DNA from: Octopus sinensis
Lineage: Eukaryota
Assembly: GCF_006345805.1 (NCBI RefSeq)
Contig: NC_043022.1
Coordinates: forward strand, 9,238,001 to 9,302,000
Reading direction: 5' to 3'
DNA: 64,000 nucleotides
The notes below the pieces were generated by a model. It ran no database searches. It was not told the DNA's origin and saw nothing but the letters and a program-made list of their open reading frames with translations. Made by a program: the position numbers and the translations under genes. Of this stretch, positions 10,975-24,578 are shown piece after piece. The stretch's first letter is position 1. Each line of letters starts with the position of its first letter.

Positions 10975-11350
10975 CAGGCGTGGCTGTGTGGTCAAGAAGC
11001 TTGCTTCCTAACTATGTGGCCTTGGGGTTCAGTCCCGCTGGGTAGCACCTTGGGCAAGTGACTTCTACAATGGATAGTCCCGAGCCGACCAAAGCTTTGT
11101 GAGTGAAACAAGCCCGTAATATACGTGTGTGTGCGTGTGTTATTGTCTCCATCGTGTGATAGTTGTAAGTGAATGTCACCGTCATGCAAGCGGTGTTCTT
11201 CGTTTCCAATCTTTCATGAAGACTTGTTTGGTCATGGGGGAAATATTTACCTTACTTTGAAACAGTTGTGGGTTAGTGACAAGAAGGACATCTGGTTATT
11301 GAAAATCTGCTTTGACAAAATTCCACCTAACCCATGCAAGCATGGAAAAG
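10975..11350 (+). mobile_element. tRNA-derived CORE-like SINE, family B (gtggtaagaagcttgcttcccaacc...caccttgggcaagtg...)
   Basis: tRNA-like head plus ccttgggcaagt core. Copies at about 870-1130, 13755-13930, 15920-16325(-), 16415-16790, 22255-22565, 38385-38790, 41535-42460 (interrupted), 45300-45830 (interrupted), 46345-46490, 51735-52575, 55055-55275, 62410-62790(-). Confidence 0.85.
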
Positions 11351-12761
11351 TGAGCATTTAAACGATGATGATGGCAGTCTACCCCCAGGAAAGCAAAAAG
11401 ATGTGCCCAATAGCGTTTGATCTTGGGTCCTAAAGGGATCGAACTTATTCCTTTAATGAAGAGTTCGTGGAATGTTGAATAAGTTCCGTTGTTGTGGGGA
11501 GTGAAATCTTCAAACATTTCAAGCTCTAGGCTATGATTGTCCTCATCATCCTAATAATATAGCATTCATTTTCCATAGTAGCATAGGTCAGATGGAAATT
11601 TATCGAGGCAGATCTTCAACAGCTGGATGCCCTTCCTGTTGCCAACCCTCATGTTATCAAACAAAGTAATATTTCCCCACGGTTCGATAAAAGACTGGAA
11701 ACGAACATCACTTGTATGATGGTGATGCTCATTTACAACCATCACATGATATCAAGACAAGGCTCCATGCATATACATATATATACAACAAGTTCCTTTT
11801 AGTTTCTGTCTGTCAAATCCCACCACAAGGCTTTGGTTGACCTGTGGTTATATAAGAAGACTCTTGCCCAACGTGTTGTGCAGTGAGATTGAATTACAGA
11901 CCAACATAGTTGGGAAGCAAGCTTCTTACTCACACAACCATGCTTGTGTAAGAGCTTGGACCAGGATTCGAGTTTCCCACCTATCTCAAAGGCCCTGAAA
12001 TTGGTCCTAGTCTTGGGAGCTGTTGTTCATCCAATCATGAATGCTTACAATAGAGGGGATTCCCCTAGAAGCATCCAAGGTGTTAGTGGAGCAAAACCAA
12101 ATGACAGATTTAATCCACTGACCGATTAGGCCTGGCAGGATTTGAACTCAGAACACAAAGAACTAGGACAGAAACTGCAAGGCATTTGATTTAATGTTCT
12201 TATAGCTCTACTAATCCACTACTCTAGATTAGCCTTTTTTTTTATATTACTCACCTGAGAAAAAGGATAAGAGGCAAAGTTGATCTCAGCAGGATTTGAA
12301 CTCTGACCACAGAGATACAGAATAAAAACCACAAGCTAGAAGAAAGAAAGAGTTATTTACTTTCCACTGAAGAGCAAGAGTGCAGAAGTTTAGGCTTTCA
12401 TTTCCAGGTAGCAATTGAATTTATTCCACATTCCTTGAACTCTTCATTGGATTTATCAATCGTGATATAGACCCTATGTCATTTTGAATCTTGATATCAT
12501 TAACACTTTGCCTACCTGACCTAATCTCGGAAGCCAGAAGGCTGCACCAGGCTCCAGTCTGATCTGGCAGTGTTTCTACAGCTGGATGCCCTTCCTAACG
12601 CCAACCACTCCGTGAGTATAGTGGGTGCTTTTTACATGCCAGGCGAGGCTGGCAACGGCCACGATCGGATTGGTACTTTTTACGTGCCACTGGCACAGAA
12701 GCCAGTCAAGGTGGCACTTCATTTTTTTTTTTTTAATTTAATTTTAACCATATATAGTAAA

Positions 12762-13020
12762 GTGCATGGCTTAGTGGATAGGTTATTCAGCTCACAGTCA
12801 TAACATTGCCAGTTCGATTCCTGGTGGCATGCTGTGTCCTTGAGCCAGGCACTTTATTTTACATTGCTCCAATCCACTCAGCTGATAAAAATTAGTTGTA
12901 CCTATATTTCAAAGGGCCAGCTTTGTCATATTCCATGTCATGCTGAATCTCCCTGAGGACTACATCAAGAGTACACATGTCTGTGGAGTTCTCAGCCACT
13001 TGCATGTTAATTTCACAAGC
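12762..13020 (+). mobile_element. tRNA-derived SINE, family D (…cagttcgattcctgg…gtgtccttgagc…cactcagctg…)
   Basis: A/B-box-like head and CORE-like segment; related copies at ~18660-18835(-) and ~56200-56530(-). Confidence 0.65.
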
Positions 13021-13031
13021 AGGCTATTCCA

Positions 13032-13248
13032 TTATCCTTTTCATTACCGTATTTCTGTTGAGATGCTCTGTGTTTCTTTCAATTACTTTAAACATAACAA
13101 TGAATTTAGTAAAATAACTTACTTATCATTAAGCTAGTGTTAGTAACATAAATTGTGACTAAGGTTTGGTGGAAGATTTTGATTCAAAACTTAACAAGAC
13201 ATTTGTACTGCAGAGTGGTTTTGGCCAGGTTGGTAATGAAAAGGTTAA
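13032..13248. mobile_element. Degenerate TTAA-flanked (piggyBac-like) MITE, same family as 60585-60804; another copy at ~34171-34400
   Basis: Internal sequence gagatgctctgtgtttctttcaatt...aaattgtgactaagg matches the 60.6 kb copy; ends ggtaatgaaaaggttaa. Confidence 0.75.
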
Positions 13249-15169
13249 TCAGATCAACTGGAATACCTGTGCCAGCTAACTATATATATGTTCTAATTCA
13301 CTATATAAACTACCACATTGATGTACAGTATGGGTATCACTGGTGACCCCTACAATACAGAAAGAATATAATGTTAGTTCTGTACTAATCAAGACACTAG
13401 TGATACACATGTTAAAAGGTGTTGGAATGTCCATTATACGTATGTTTATGGATATTTTTTTCATTTAAAAGCACTCAGTCCACTCTGTTGAGTGGTTGGT
13501 GTTTGGAAAGGCATCCAGCTGTAAAAACCTTGCCAAAGCTGACCTCGCCTGTGCTTGTGCCACGTAAAAAGTACCAAGTCCACTCTGCTGAGTGGTTGGT
13601 ATTAGGAAGGGCATCCAGCTGTAAAAATCCTGCCAAAACAGTCACAGAAGTCTGGTGCAGGCTTTGGCCTGGCTGGCTCTTGTGAAACCATCCTACCCAT
13701 GCTAGCATGGAAGATGGATGTTAAACGATGATGATGATGATTTATGACTTTTTTCTGCATGGTGCAGGTGTGGTGAAAAGCTTACTTCCCAACCACAAGA
13801 TTCTGGGTTCAATCCCACTGTGTGGAACCTTGGGCAAGTGTCTTCTACTATTGTCCCAAGTTGACCAAAGCCTTGTGAATTGGCACTGAAAGAAGCCTGT
13901 TGAATATATGTAGCTATATATATATTTATATATACACACACAAAGAGATAGGTGTGTGTTTTACTGTGTGCTTAATGAATGTTTGTATCATGCTAGCAGT
14001 GTCCTTCATTGATAATCTTTAGTGAAAAACATACCTTGTCATGGGAGAACTATTACCTTACTTGGAGACAGGTAAAATTGGGGATTGGCAACAGGAAAAT
14101 TGTCCAACGGTAGAGAACCCACTTCATCTAAAATTCCGTCCAGCCCATGTGAGAATGCAAAAGTGGATGTTCAAACCATGATGATGATTCTATTTACATA
14201 AGCCTTTGTGGCTTCATTTTGCACAAAAATTAGTTTTTGGAAGGCAGTGCTTCAATGATGGAATTGATGGTGACTTACACCCTTCTTACTTGGTCCTATC
14301 TCAGCTTCTGTTGATTCAAATTGAAAACCATCAGAGATTTACAAAGCAACAGGTGTTCTATACATCTCCTAAAATTTGAATAATATAGTTTCAACTACAG
14401 TAATGAGAGTGTGCTTAAAAAACTTCAGCAGTGGGAGTCATAGGTGACTCCCATGGAACATTAAGAATATAACTAACATAGGGAGTCACCGGTAATTCTC
14501 ATGGTAGGCAATTAAATGTAATCTTTCGGCTTAAGATCACAAAGTGAAAGTGAAAAGCAAATTGGCATTAAATGCCTATGAAGTGAAAGTGAATGTTACC
14601 TGATTTGTCTCTTTAATGATTTAATCAATGATTAATTATGAAAAGATTGATTGATTGTTTGTGACACGATTTATTAGGATACAAAAGTTGAATGTCCAAA
14701 TAATTTTATTAGTAAAATCATCACCATTATCATTATCGTTTTAATGTCCAGTTTTCCATACTTGTATGGGTCAGATGGAATTTACCAAATAGCCCCGCTG
14801 CGCCTATATATATATGTTTCTTTATTACCCACAAGGGGCTAAACGTAGAGGGGACAAACAAGGACAGACAAATGAATTAAGTCAATTAGATCGATCCCAG
14901 TGCATAACTGGTACTTAATTTATCAACCTCGGAAGGATGAAAGGCAAAGTCGACCTCAGCGGAATATATATATATGAGATATGCAAACAAAATTATATAA
15001 TTTATAGTTTAGAATATGAAAGCAAAACAATTAAATTGAAGGATTATAATGCCTCATCCAAATCAAGAATTACATAAGTATGTTGTTTTTATGATTCCTT
15101 GGGCAGAAAAATTCTTAGATGAGTTAGGAAAAGGACATCTGATGTTCCCCACACGATGTGATATTTGTC

Positions 15170-15372
15170 TTTCACATTGCTCTTTTCGAAGCCCCTCCCC
15201 CTATTGGGAATTTCAATTGTTATATTTTCGTTGTTATCTCTGGAATTTTTACACGGTTTTTTGCAAACGGACTTACACCCTTTGTAACTTTTGTCCTGTG
15301 ATTTGTCCCTTTATGTCTTAATTAATTTTTGTCAGCCTTTGTGGCCAATAAACGAACTAATTATTATTATTA
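15170..15372 (+). mobile_element. LINE 3' UTR fragment (L1/Tx1-like) with AATAAA and (TTA)n tail; second copy at ~25800-26100
   Basis: ccctttgtaactttt/cgtcctg...gtggccaataaacgaac followed by (tta)n in both copies. Confidence 0.6.
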
Positions 15373-16117
15373 TTCCTCCTCCTCCTCCTTTTATTTGTTT
15401 CACTCATTGCAGTGAAATTGTAATCATAGCCAGTGCCAGAGACACATAAATAGCACCCCATACCGGTGACACGTTAGAGGCACGTAAGGGGCGCCTGTGC
15501 TGGTGACACATAAAAGCCATCCATTACACTACACTACTGGAGTGGTTGTCATTAGGAAGGGCATCCAGCTGTAGAAACGAGCTTACTAATCCCAGTCAAA
15601 CTGTCTAACCCTTACCAGCATGGAAAACAGACACTTGATGATAATGACGATGATGATGTTGACTGCACTGTGGCCATGCTGGTGCACCACCTTGAATGGT
15701 TCAGCCAAAATTTCAACCTTATACTTAATTTTTTTCTCTTATTCCATCAGTCTCTTTGCTATCTCTCACATCAAACAACCATGTAGATACAGGCCTACTC
15801 ACTTGTAAGCTCATGAAGGATGCTGACAGCGGTGAGATTTTCCCCAACCATCTTTTGTCAACTTTGAGACTCAACGTTTTCAGCAATGTATGACTCATAT
15901 TATTATTTTTTTAAAACTATTTTTCTTGTTTTAGTCATTTGACTCCGGCCATGCTGGAGCACCGCCTTTAGTCAAGCAAATCGACCCCGGGACTTATTCT
16001 TTTTGTAAGCTCAGTACTTATTCTATCGGTCTCTTTTGCCGAACCGCTAAGTGACGGGGACGTAAACACCAGCATCAGTTGTCAAGCAATGCTAGGGGAA
16101 CAAACACAGACACACAA

Positions 16118-16170
<53 letters not shown>

Positions 16171-16830
16171 TACGACAGGCTTCTTTCAGTTTCCGTCTAC
16201 CAAATCCACTCACAAGGCATTGGTCAGCCCGGGGCTATAGCAGGAGACACTTGCCCAAGATGCCACGCAGTGGGACTGAATCCAGAACCATGTGGTTGGT
16301 TAGCAAGCTACTTACCACACAGCCGATGCCCAATCATGCTGGAATATTTCCTTACCTGGTAACAGGTGAAGTTTAGCAACGGGAAGTTGAGTCCCAACCA
16401 TAGAAAATCTGCCTCGTGTGGTAAGAAGCTTGCTTCCCAAGTACATGATTCCGGGTTCAGTCCCACTGAGTGGCTCCTTGGGAAAGTTTCTTTGACTAAA
16501 GCTTCTGTTTGACCAAAGCCTTGTGAGTGGACCTGGTAGATGGAAACTGAAAGAAGCCCATCATATGTATTTGTTCTTTTTGTGTTTGTTCCCCCATCAG
16601 CTCTTGACAACCATTTTTGGTGTATTTATGTCTCTGTAACTTTGTGGTTCCGCAAAAGAAACCGATGGAATAAGTACCAGGTTTTTGAAAAAAAAACCAA
16701 AAAATAAGTACTGGAGTCAAACCATTTAACTTTTTTATTCATTAAAACTGTGCCCCAGCATGGCCACATTCTAATGAGTGAGACAAGCAAAAGATGAAAC
16801 CCATGCAAGCATGGAAAAGTAGACATTAGA

Positions 16831-17000
16831 ATGATGATGACGACAACGATGATGATGATAATGACAAAAATGATCATGATAATGATGATGACGACAGCAA
16901 CGATGACGACAAGGATAATGATAATGTCAATAATGATGACAGTAATAATGACAACGATGATTATGATGATGATCATGATAGTGATGACAATGATGATGCT
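16831..17000. repeat. Degenerate trinucleotide repeat (ATG/ATA/ACG)n
   Basis: atgatgatgacgacaacgatgatgatgataatgac... Confidence 0.9.
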
Positions 17001-17315
17001 ATTGTCCAAATATGTTTTAAAATCATCACTTGCTACTTTATTATAATAGAATATGACAAAAACAAAAAAAAACAAAAAAAAAATATGAAAATGAGACCAC
17101 AATTTTCTATCCTTTACGTGACTATTTACACATAACATCTCAAATAACTTTTTATCGTTATCATCATCTGATAATATGGAAAGAGCCTATCTCTTGTAAA
17201 GCAGGCACATTATCTGTGCTATAAAATATACACATGTACGTTAGAGGTGTATATCTATGGGTATATCGGTATGTGTGTGTGTTTGCATAAGTGTATGTGT
17301 GTGTGTGTGTATGTG

Positions 17316-17353
<38 letters not shown>

Positions 17354-17373
17354 TCTTTGTATGTATATATGTG

Positions 17374-17417
<44 letters not shown>

Positions 17418-18618
17418 CACACACATCTTTGTATGTATATAAATGTATGTATATATGTGCTTATGCATATATATATATATATACACACACATCTTTGTAT
17501 GTATATAAATGTATGTATATATGTGCTTATACATATATATATAGATAGATAGATACATAGATGTTTATGTATATGTGAAAATGTATGTCTTTATAGATGT
17601 ATCTGTATGTGTGTGTACATGTATATATGTACCTGTGTGTGTATATATTCTTTTATTTGTCTCAATCATATGACTGCAGCCATGCTGGAGCACTGCCTTT
17701 AGTCGAACAAATCGACCTTCAGGACTTATTCTTTATAAGCCTAGTACTTATTCTGTTGGTCCTTTTTGCTGAACTGCTAAGTTACAGGGACATAAACACA
17801 CCAACATAAGCATAAGGGGATGCTGAAAAGTTGCTGGCTTCAAAGGTATCACAAAAGGCCTGGTTGGAGGCCCAACCTTCCAAGTTCTTTTAAAAGGCTT
17901 AGAAAAACTGAAGGACCACTTCAATACGTGAATCCGAAAGGGAAATATGTTGATGGAAACTGGAAAAAGCCCATTGTATGTACAAGGGGATGCTGAAAAG
18001 TTCCTGGCTTTAAGGGTATCGTGAAAGGCCTAGCTGGAGACCTAACTTTCCAAGTTCTTTTATAAGGCTTAGAAAAACTGAAGGACCGCTTCAAAAAGTG
18101 TGTGAATCTGAGAGGGAAATATGTTGGATAAAATTAACTAATCTCCCTGTATTTTTTTTTTTTTTTACCCAAAACCTGGACCTTTTCAGCACCCCCTCAT
18201 ATGTGTGTGTGTCTTGAGGGGGCTAAGTAAAGTGCTGCAAGACTCACTGAAAGTTTTACTAAAGATCTTCAACAACAAACATAACACAACAGGAGAGCAA
18301 ATAGCATAGAGAAGAATAGTTTGCAAGGGCTCCAAGATGTGCAAACCCCTACAGAATGTATGCAGGCATGAAAGGATAATACCATCAAATCACCCACCGC
18401 CACTTGCATTCCCCGTCCCTGTCCACACTGCCAAAGGCACTTCTATATGCGGATTGGACTAATTGGTCAGCTGTACACTCACAAGGCTCTGACTACACCA
18501 GGTGGTGCCCTAGCATGGCTGCATTCGACTGAAGCCAAAGAAATAAAAAGAAATTTGCGTGTGTATGTGTGTGTGTGTGTGTATCACCATCGTCACCAAC
18601 ACCTTAATTATCATTACC

Positions 18619-18660
<42 letters not shown>

Positions 18661-18859
18661 AAGTAAGGATGACTGTTTGTCTGCCTCTCCCTTCCTCTTT
18701 CGAAATACAGGTACAGCTTATGTTTGCCAGCCGAGTGTACTTGAGCAACGTGAAATGAAGTATCTTGCTGAAGGACCAGGAATCGAACTCACGACTTTAT
18801 GAGCGTGAGCCGAGTACTAAATCATACACCTTTACACCACACAACATACACACACACAC

Positions 18860-18889
<30 letters not shown>

Positions 18890-18911
<22 letters not shown>

Positions 18912-19051
18912 AGTTGTATGTATATATATGTATGTATATATATATATGTATGTATATTATATAGGTATGTATATATATGTATGTATATGTATAATATGTA
19001 TGTATATGTAATGTATATGTATCTATATATAGTGTATGTATACATACATAC

Positions 19052-19107
<56 letters not shown>

Positions 19108-19363
19108 ATTATGTGTATGGGTCTATAGTTTTCTTCCCTTTCCTTACGAAGTCTACCTAATATTCGGTTTTGGTAATACAAGCAAAAAAAAAAAATATAT
19201 ATATATATATATATTATATATGGTATGTATATATATGTATGTATATATATATATGTATGTATATATATATAGGTATGTATATATATGTATGTATATGTAA
19301 TATATAATGTATGTATATGTATGTATATGTATCTATATATATGTATGTATACATACATACATA

Positions 19364-19416
<53 letters not shown>

Positions 19417-19510
19417 ATTATGTGTATGGGTCTATAGTTCTTCTCCCTTTCCTTACGAAGTCTACCTAATATTCGGTTTTGGTAATACAAGCAAAAAAAA
19501 AAAATATATA
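18890..19510. repeat. Tandem duplication with 309-bp period (microsatellite block plus ~90 bp unique core)
   Basis: aaaacatattatgtgtatgggtctatag...ggtaatacaagcaaaaaaa starts at 19101 and at 19410. Confidence 0.9.
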
Positions 19511-20029
19511 TATATATAACTCAAAACACGAGAATAATATACGTTTTTTTTTGTTTTGTTTTTAATTATTAATAATCGACAGATTGACTCAAGGTCCGAG
19601 AGTTTCGTTGACACTTACTGTTTTTTTTTTTTTCAAACCCTGTATCGCCATCGCCGCCAACACCATAATTATTATCATTACCCTCTTCCTCTCTCTCTCT
19701 CTCTCTATCTGTCTGTCTCTTTTTCAAGTAAGGACATCTGTTTGTCTCTCTTCCTTCCTCTCTCTCTCTCTCTCTCTCTTATCTTTATAACATATTTTAT
19801 ATCACTGTTACCATACGATTCATGCTTACTGGACTGGATTATATAACTGAAAACACATTTTCTGTTTCTATCTATCTATCTATCTATCTCTCTATCTGTT
19901 TCCACTTACGTACCTACATACGTCTCTAAATTAAACTGTGTTGCTTCAAACTGCACGTCAGATGTTCCTTGTCAGATGACACTACGCACGCATACAAATT
20001 AAGTTTATTCTAACCACCACCACTTTCTC

Positions 20030-20628
20030 ACCTCTCCCCCGTCTCCCTTGCCTGCTTTTCTGTCTATCTTTCTCTCTCTCTCTCTTCCTCCCCTTCTGTC
20101 AGTCTATCTCTTTCTATTTCATATCTCCCTCCCTTGTCTCTCTCTATTATTTCTTCTTCCCATTTGCTCGTCTTTATTTCTCTCCTCCCTCTTTTATCTT
20201 CTCTCTCTTTATTTCTCTCTGTTACTTTGTCCATTACTCTCCACCTCTCTCTCTCTCCCTTCCTCTCTTAATCTCTTTGCATTTGGCCTTTCTCTCACCC
20301 ACTCTTTCTTGCCTTCTTTCTACCTGTCTCTCTTTCTCTCTCTCTTTCTCTCACCCATTCTCATCTCTTCTTATGTATACGTCACCTTTTTTATGAATAT
20401 CATCTTTATTTTTTCTTCATTTTTCTTTTTTATCCATTTCTTCCCCCCTTTCCCCCTCTCTCTCGGCATTTCTTTTTCTTTTTCTCTCTCTCTCGCTTTC
20501 CCCTTCTTCATTTTTCTTTATCCTTTTCTTCCTCCCTCCCCCTCTCTCTCGGCATTTCCTTTCTCTTTCTCTCTCTCCATCCATTTCTCTCTATTTTCCC
20601 CTCTCACTTTCCGCTTCTTTATTTTCCT

Positions 20629-20667
<39 letters not shown>

Positions 20668-20690
20668 ACCCTCTAATTTCTCCTAATCTC
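20030..20690. repeat. Polypyrimidine (CT-rich) tract; similar tracts at ~40800-41350, 53820-53940, 58490-59100
   Basis: Nearly pure C/T sequence. Confidence 0.9.
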
Positions 20691-20965
20691 CAGTACAGTC
20701 AGCTTAAACCTGTCACAAACCTTATTAATAAACATCACACATAACATAAGCATATTACAGACTTAAGACGTTGGTCAGTCTCCCGAGTCCTCAATACTTG
20801 CCTTGCTCATCTCCTACACATCAACATGTCTATCAGGCTTAATTCTTCTTCACAAATCACCTACCGACCTGAATTAGATAAAATTTTAACCCTTCCTGTT
20901 TCACCCTGGGGACTGGACTGGGGTTCGTCAACCTTCTAACATCATTCCTTAAAAGAAAAATATTA

Positions 20966-21373
20966 GGATCTTTTCGGTTTGAACGGCAGTTTTTTCTAGC
21001 GGTGTCATATGAAATTGTCACCCATAATTATGACCCTAGTATCGATCTATTGCATTTCAATCTGTTTTAGGGTTAGGGGTGGGGAGAAGGGTATCTTTTT
21101 TTCTTCCCAAATGTAAATAAACCCAATCTGTTTCTTAAACGAGGGGCATATTCATACGGCACAGAATGTTTTCACCTCAATAGACGTCATTGATTGGTTG
21201 AAATTGCTGAAATTGAAGAAAAAACAACAAATATCTTACAAACTATAGGATTTTCTCAATAAAGCCAAGAGAAAAAGATGTTTTATAAACACATTCTACC
21301 AGTATACGAAGTTTAAAATTTTTTAATTACCTAGAAATTATGTTAAAAACTGCAGTTCAAACCGAAAACATCC
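20966..21373 (-). mobile_element. GGATC-TIR MITE, copy 2
   Basis: Reverse complement of 3438-3848; flanks aaatatta / aaatattc (7 of 8 TSD bases match). Confidence 0.9.
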
Positions 21374-22135
21374 AAATATTCTGTATTTATTCTCTGATCA
21401 ACAGACATAAATATAATTAAAAGCGTTTTAGTGATCTTTATCTTTAACTCGTTCTACTCACTGGACTGCGGTCATACTGGGGCACTGCCTTGAAGGGTTC
21501 TAGTCCAAGAGATCCTTCAGGTCTATTTTTGCCGAACCGCTAAGTTACGAGGACGTAAACAAACCAACGCTGGTCGTCGAACGGTATCGAGGGACAAACG
21601 CAAGACACATTACACGCACGATCGCGCTTGTGTGTGTGTAAACAGCTGTTTAGCTTGTAGACAATGTCCTTCGGTATTAACCAAAGGGTTCCGTGTTCGA
21701 TTTTCACGTGGAAGCTTTATCATTCATTGCTGTTCGACTACGTCCTCGTTTCATACATATTTTCCAATCGTTACGCTGTGTGTGTGTGTGTACATATAGA
21801 GAGATAATGATCCAAATAAATAAAACCGCTTAGGCTAGATGTATAAAATATAGATGCATATGTAATATGTAAATAGAGGGAAATAGCCTGAAAATATTCA
21901 GCCAATGAACAGATATATATATATATATATATACATTCAAAAATGAGGGTGAAAAATTAGATATTAATTTAATAATACCCTTATTTTAACACCAAGCGAC
22001 CTAATATATATATATGTAAATAATACAAACTGGGACAAGAACGCAAAACATTTAGAAGACGATACAAAAAACTCGGACGGGAGATTCGAAGCCTTCAATC
22101 TTCAGTCAAGAACCGGATCATCCTCGCAATTTCGG

Positions 22136-22192
<57 letters not shown>

Positions 22193-22897
22193 AGAGATAG
22201 ATAGATAGATATTTATACATTAACAGAGCAGATTTACAAAGCATATATATGTGCACAAGTGTCTTCTACTATAGCCTCGGGCCGACCAAAGCCTTGTGAG
22301 TGGATTTGGTAGACAGAAACTAAAAGAAGCCCATCGTATATATGTATATATATATGTGCGTGTTTGTGTATATGTGTTTGTCCCCCTAGCATTGCTTGAC
22401 AACCGATGCTGGTGTGTTTATGTTCCCGTTACTTAGCGGTTCGGCATAAGAGACCGATAGAATAAATACTGGGCTTACAAAAGAATAAGTCCCGGGGTCG
22501 AGTTGCTCGATTAAAGGCGGTGCTCCAGCATGGCCGCAGTCAAATGACTGAAACAAGTAAAAGAGAGAGATATGTATGTATGTGTGAGCGACAGAGAGAG
22601 AGAGAGTAACAGTAGATGCACAGGTGTCAATCTGGATTCCTTCACCCAGCTGGCTCTAATTGTCTACGTTCACCACAAGAATATCATTCGGCCAGTGCTT
22701 ATGTACTAAGTTTGATATTTACATAGTATTGTGTGTGTACGTTATTCCGACCTAAACGAGGTACCTCGATATATAGGCGCAAGTAAAGAATACGCACACC
22801 CAATGTTTAGGGTTAAAGTTACACCGAAAACGATGGAGTGCGTATTCTTTGCCTCTGCCTATATGTGTGTGTATATATATGTATATATATGTATGTT

Positions 22898-22944
<47 letters not shown>

Positions 22945-23260
22945 GCTAATTCATAATTACATAAATAATTATATGAAAGGGTGCGGATTGACCACACCAG
23001 CAATATATATGCACACACGCGAGGGGTGGGGTGCCGAAAAGTCCCTGGCTTTCGGTAAAAGAAAATACACGAGGATCAATTAATTATGATGTTATTCAAC
23101 ATATTCCTCTCTCAGATTCACACACTTATTGCAGCGGTCCTTCAGTTTTTCTAAGCCCTGTAAAAGAACTCAGAAGGTTGGGCCCTCCAACCAGGCCTTT
23201 TGCATCACCCTTGAAGCCAGGAACTTTTCAACACCCACTCGTGATTATGTATGTGTGTAT

Positions 23261-23295
<35 letters not shown>

Positions 23296-24008
23296 CTTCG
23301 ACCTATTTTATCTTGGTTTGACCAAAATATAAAAACTTGTTAATACATGCAACAATGAAAGCAATAAAAATTCCCAAACGACTCCGCCACTACTAACCAT
23401 CGGCATCATCATCATCATCATTGACATGCGTATTCAGCTGCGTCCCCGTTTTCGGTTCTGCGTTCGAATCCAGCTGAGGTTGACCTTGCACTTCGCCGTT
23501 TTGGGGAGCTCTACGAAATCACACAACCTTCCCTTATGACACAGATATGAGGGGGTAAATTGCGTCGTCTTCTCGAATCGACTCTGTAGACCAGTTTATT
23601 TACCAGTTAACAAATATCTGAGAGCGATTTTGTCGAACGACCGTGTCCTTAAATCACAACCTTTTGACAATGTGCGATATCATCTTTATCAGCTTCTTCA
23701 CTTTCATCGTCGTAGTTGTTATAATTTTTAACATCATCACCATATTGTGTGACCCTTGTTCTTTTAACCCCCTTAGGTCTACCACCTCCTAGTTCTTTTT
23801 TTTTTTACGTGTAACCTGACTTTCTGTTTTTCTCCATCTGCGTGTATAACAGACACAGAGTGTAGGGATGTGATTTGAGGAAGATTTGGCTGCTATTTCT
23901 AAACAGGTCGAGTATTCCTTTAGAGCTGTCACAGGCAATCTACAGATTCCGCGTGGCTTTCTGAATGGCACACCTAACAAAAAAAAAATACCTCGTATTT
24001 TCTTTTAG

Positions 24009-24079
24009 CAGTGCGGCCCGCCTGATGATGAACTATGTTTCATGCGGCCCGCTCCTTGAAAAACTGCTGTCCTTGTCTG
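24009..24079 (+). CDS. Weak candidate third exon (H-SAARLMMNYVSCGPLLEKLLSLS)
   Basis: Strong polypyrimidine acceptor cgtattttcttttAG; open in phase 2, compatible with exon 9818-9886; donor g|GTTAAG is weak. Confidence 0.25.
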
Positions 24080-24523
24080 GTTAAGAGCTTCGTCGTTGTC
24101 TCGAATCCGTCCATTGCCGTCTGAAATAATTCTTTTTTAATTTTGACACAGGAGCTGCAGTTTTGATGTTAGGGGGTCATGTCAGTTACCTCGAACCCCA
24201 AGTACTTGAATGGGTTCTTTTTTTTGTCGACCCCCGAAAGGATGAAAGACAAAATCGACCTTTGCAGGATTTTCGCTCATTTGCCATTTATAACAATAAA
24301 CACATCATCACCATCACTGTAGTAAATAACATCACCGGTGGATTGATTATCACCTACCGTAGTCACTACAATATTGTTATTATATAAACAGGAGGCATTC
24401 CTTCGGAGATGGTATCACCAAAATGAAAATGAAAATTTTTCGCAAAAAATTTTTATTTCTTTAATTTTATATATACATGCACATAAACACATACATACAT
24501 GACTTAACTTTTCCTCTCACACC

Positions 24524-24578
24524 GTCTCCGATGAAGGGATATTATTATTAATTAATATTCTTGAAACAGCTGTAAGAC
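24524..24578 (+). ncRNA. Minimal type-I hammerhead ribozyme motif (U4->C variant) in a Penelope-like repeat
   Basis: GUCU / CCGAUGA-A / AU-rich stem II / GAAAC-AGCU-GUA / AGAC: stem I GUCU:AGAC, palindromic AGCU loop in stem III, GUA cleavage triplet. Confidence 0.7.

Noticed and set aside
10288-12129. ORFs at 10288-10719(-), 11296-11517(-) and 11944-12129(+)
   Set aside because: No recognisable domains, weak splice signals, and they run into SINE or RTE-tail sequence; possibly decayed LINE fragments.
22060-22140. Possible further hammerhead on the - strand (CUGAAGA...GAAU...GUC)
   Set aside because: GAAA is replaced by GAAU and stems I-III do not pair cleanly.
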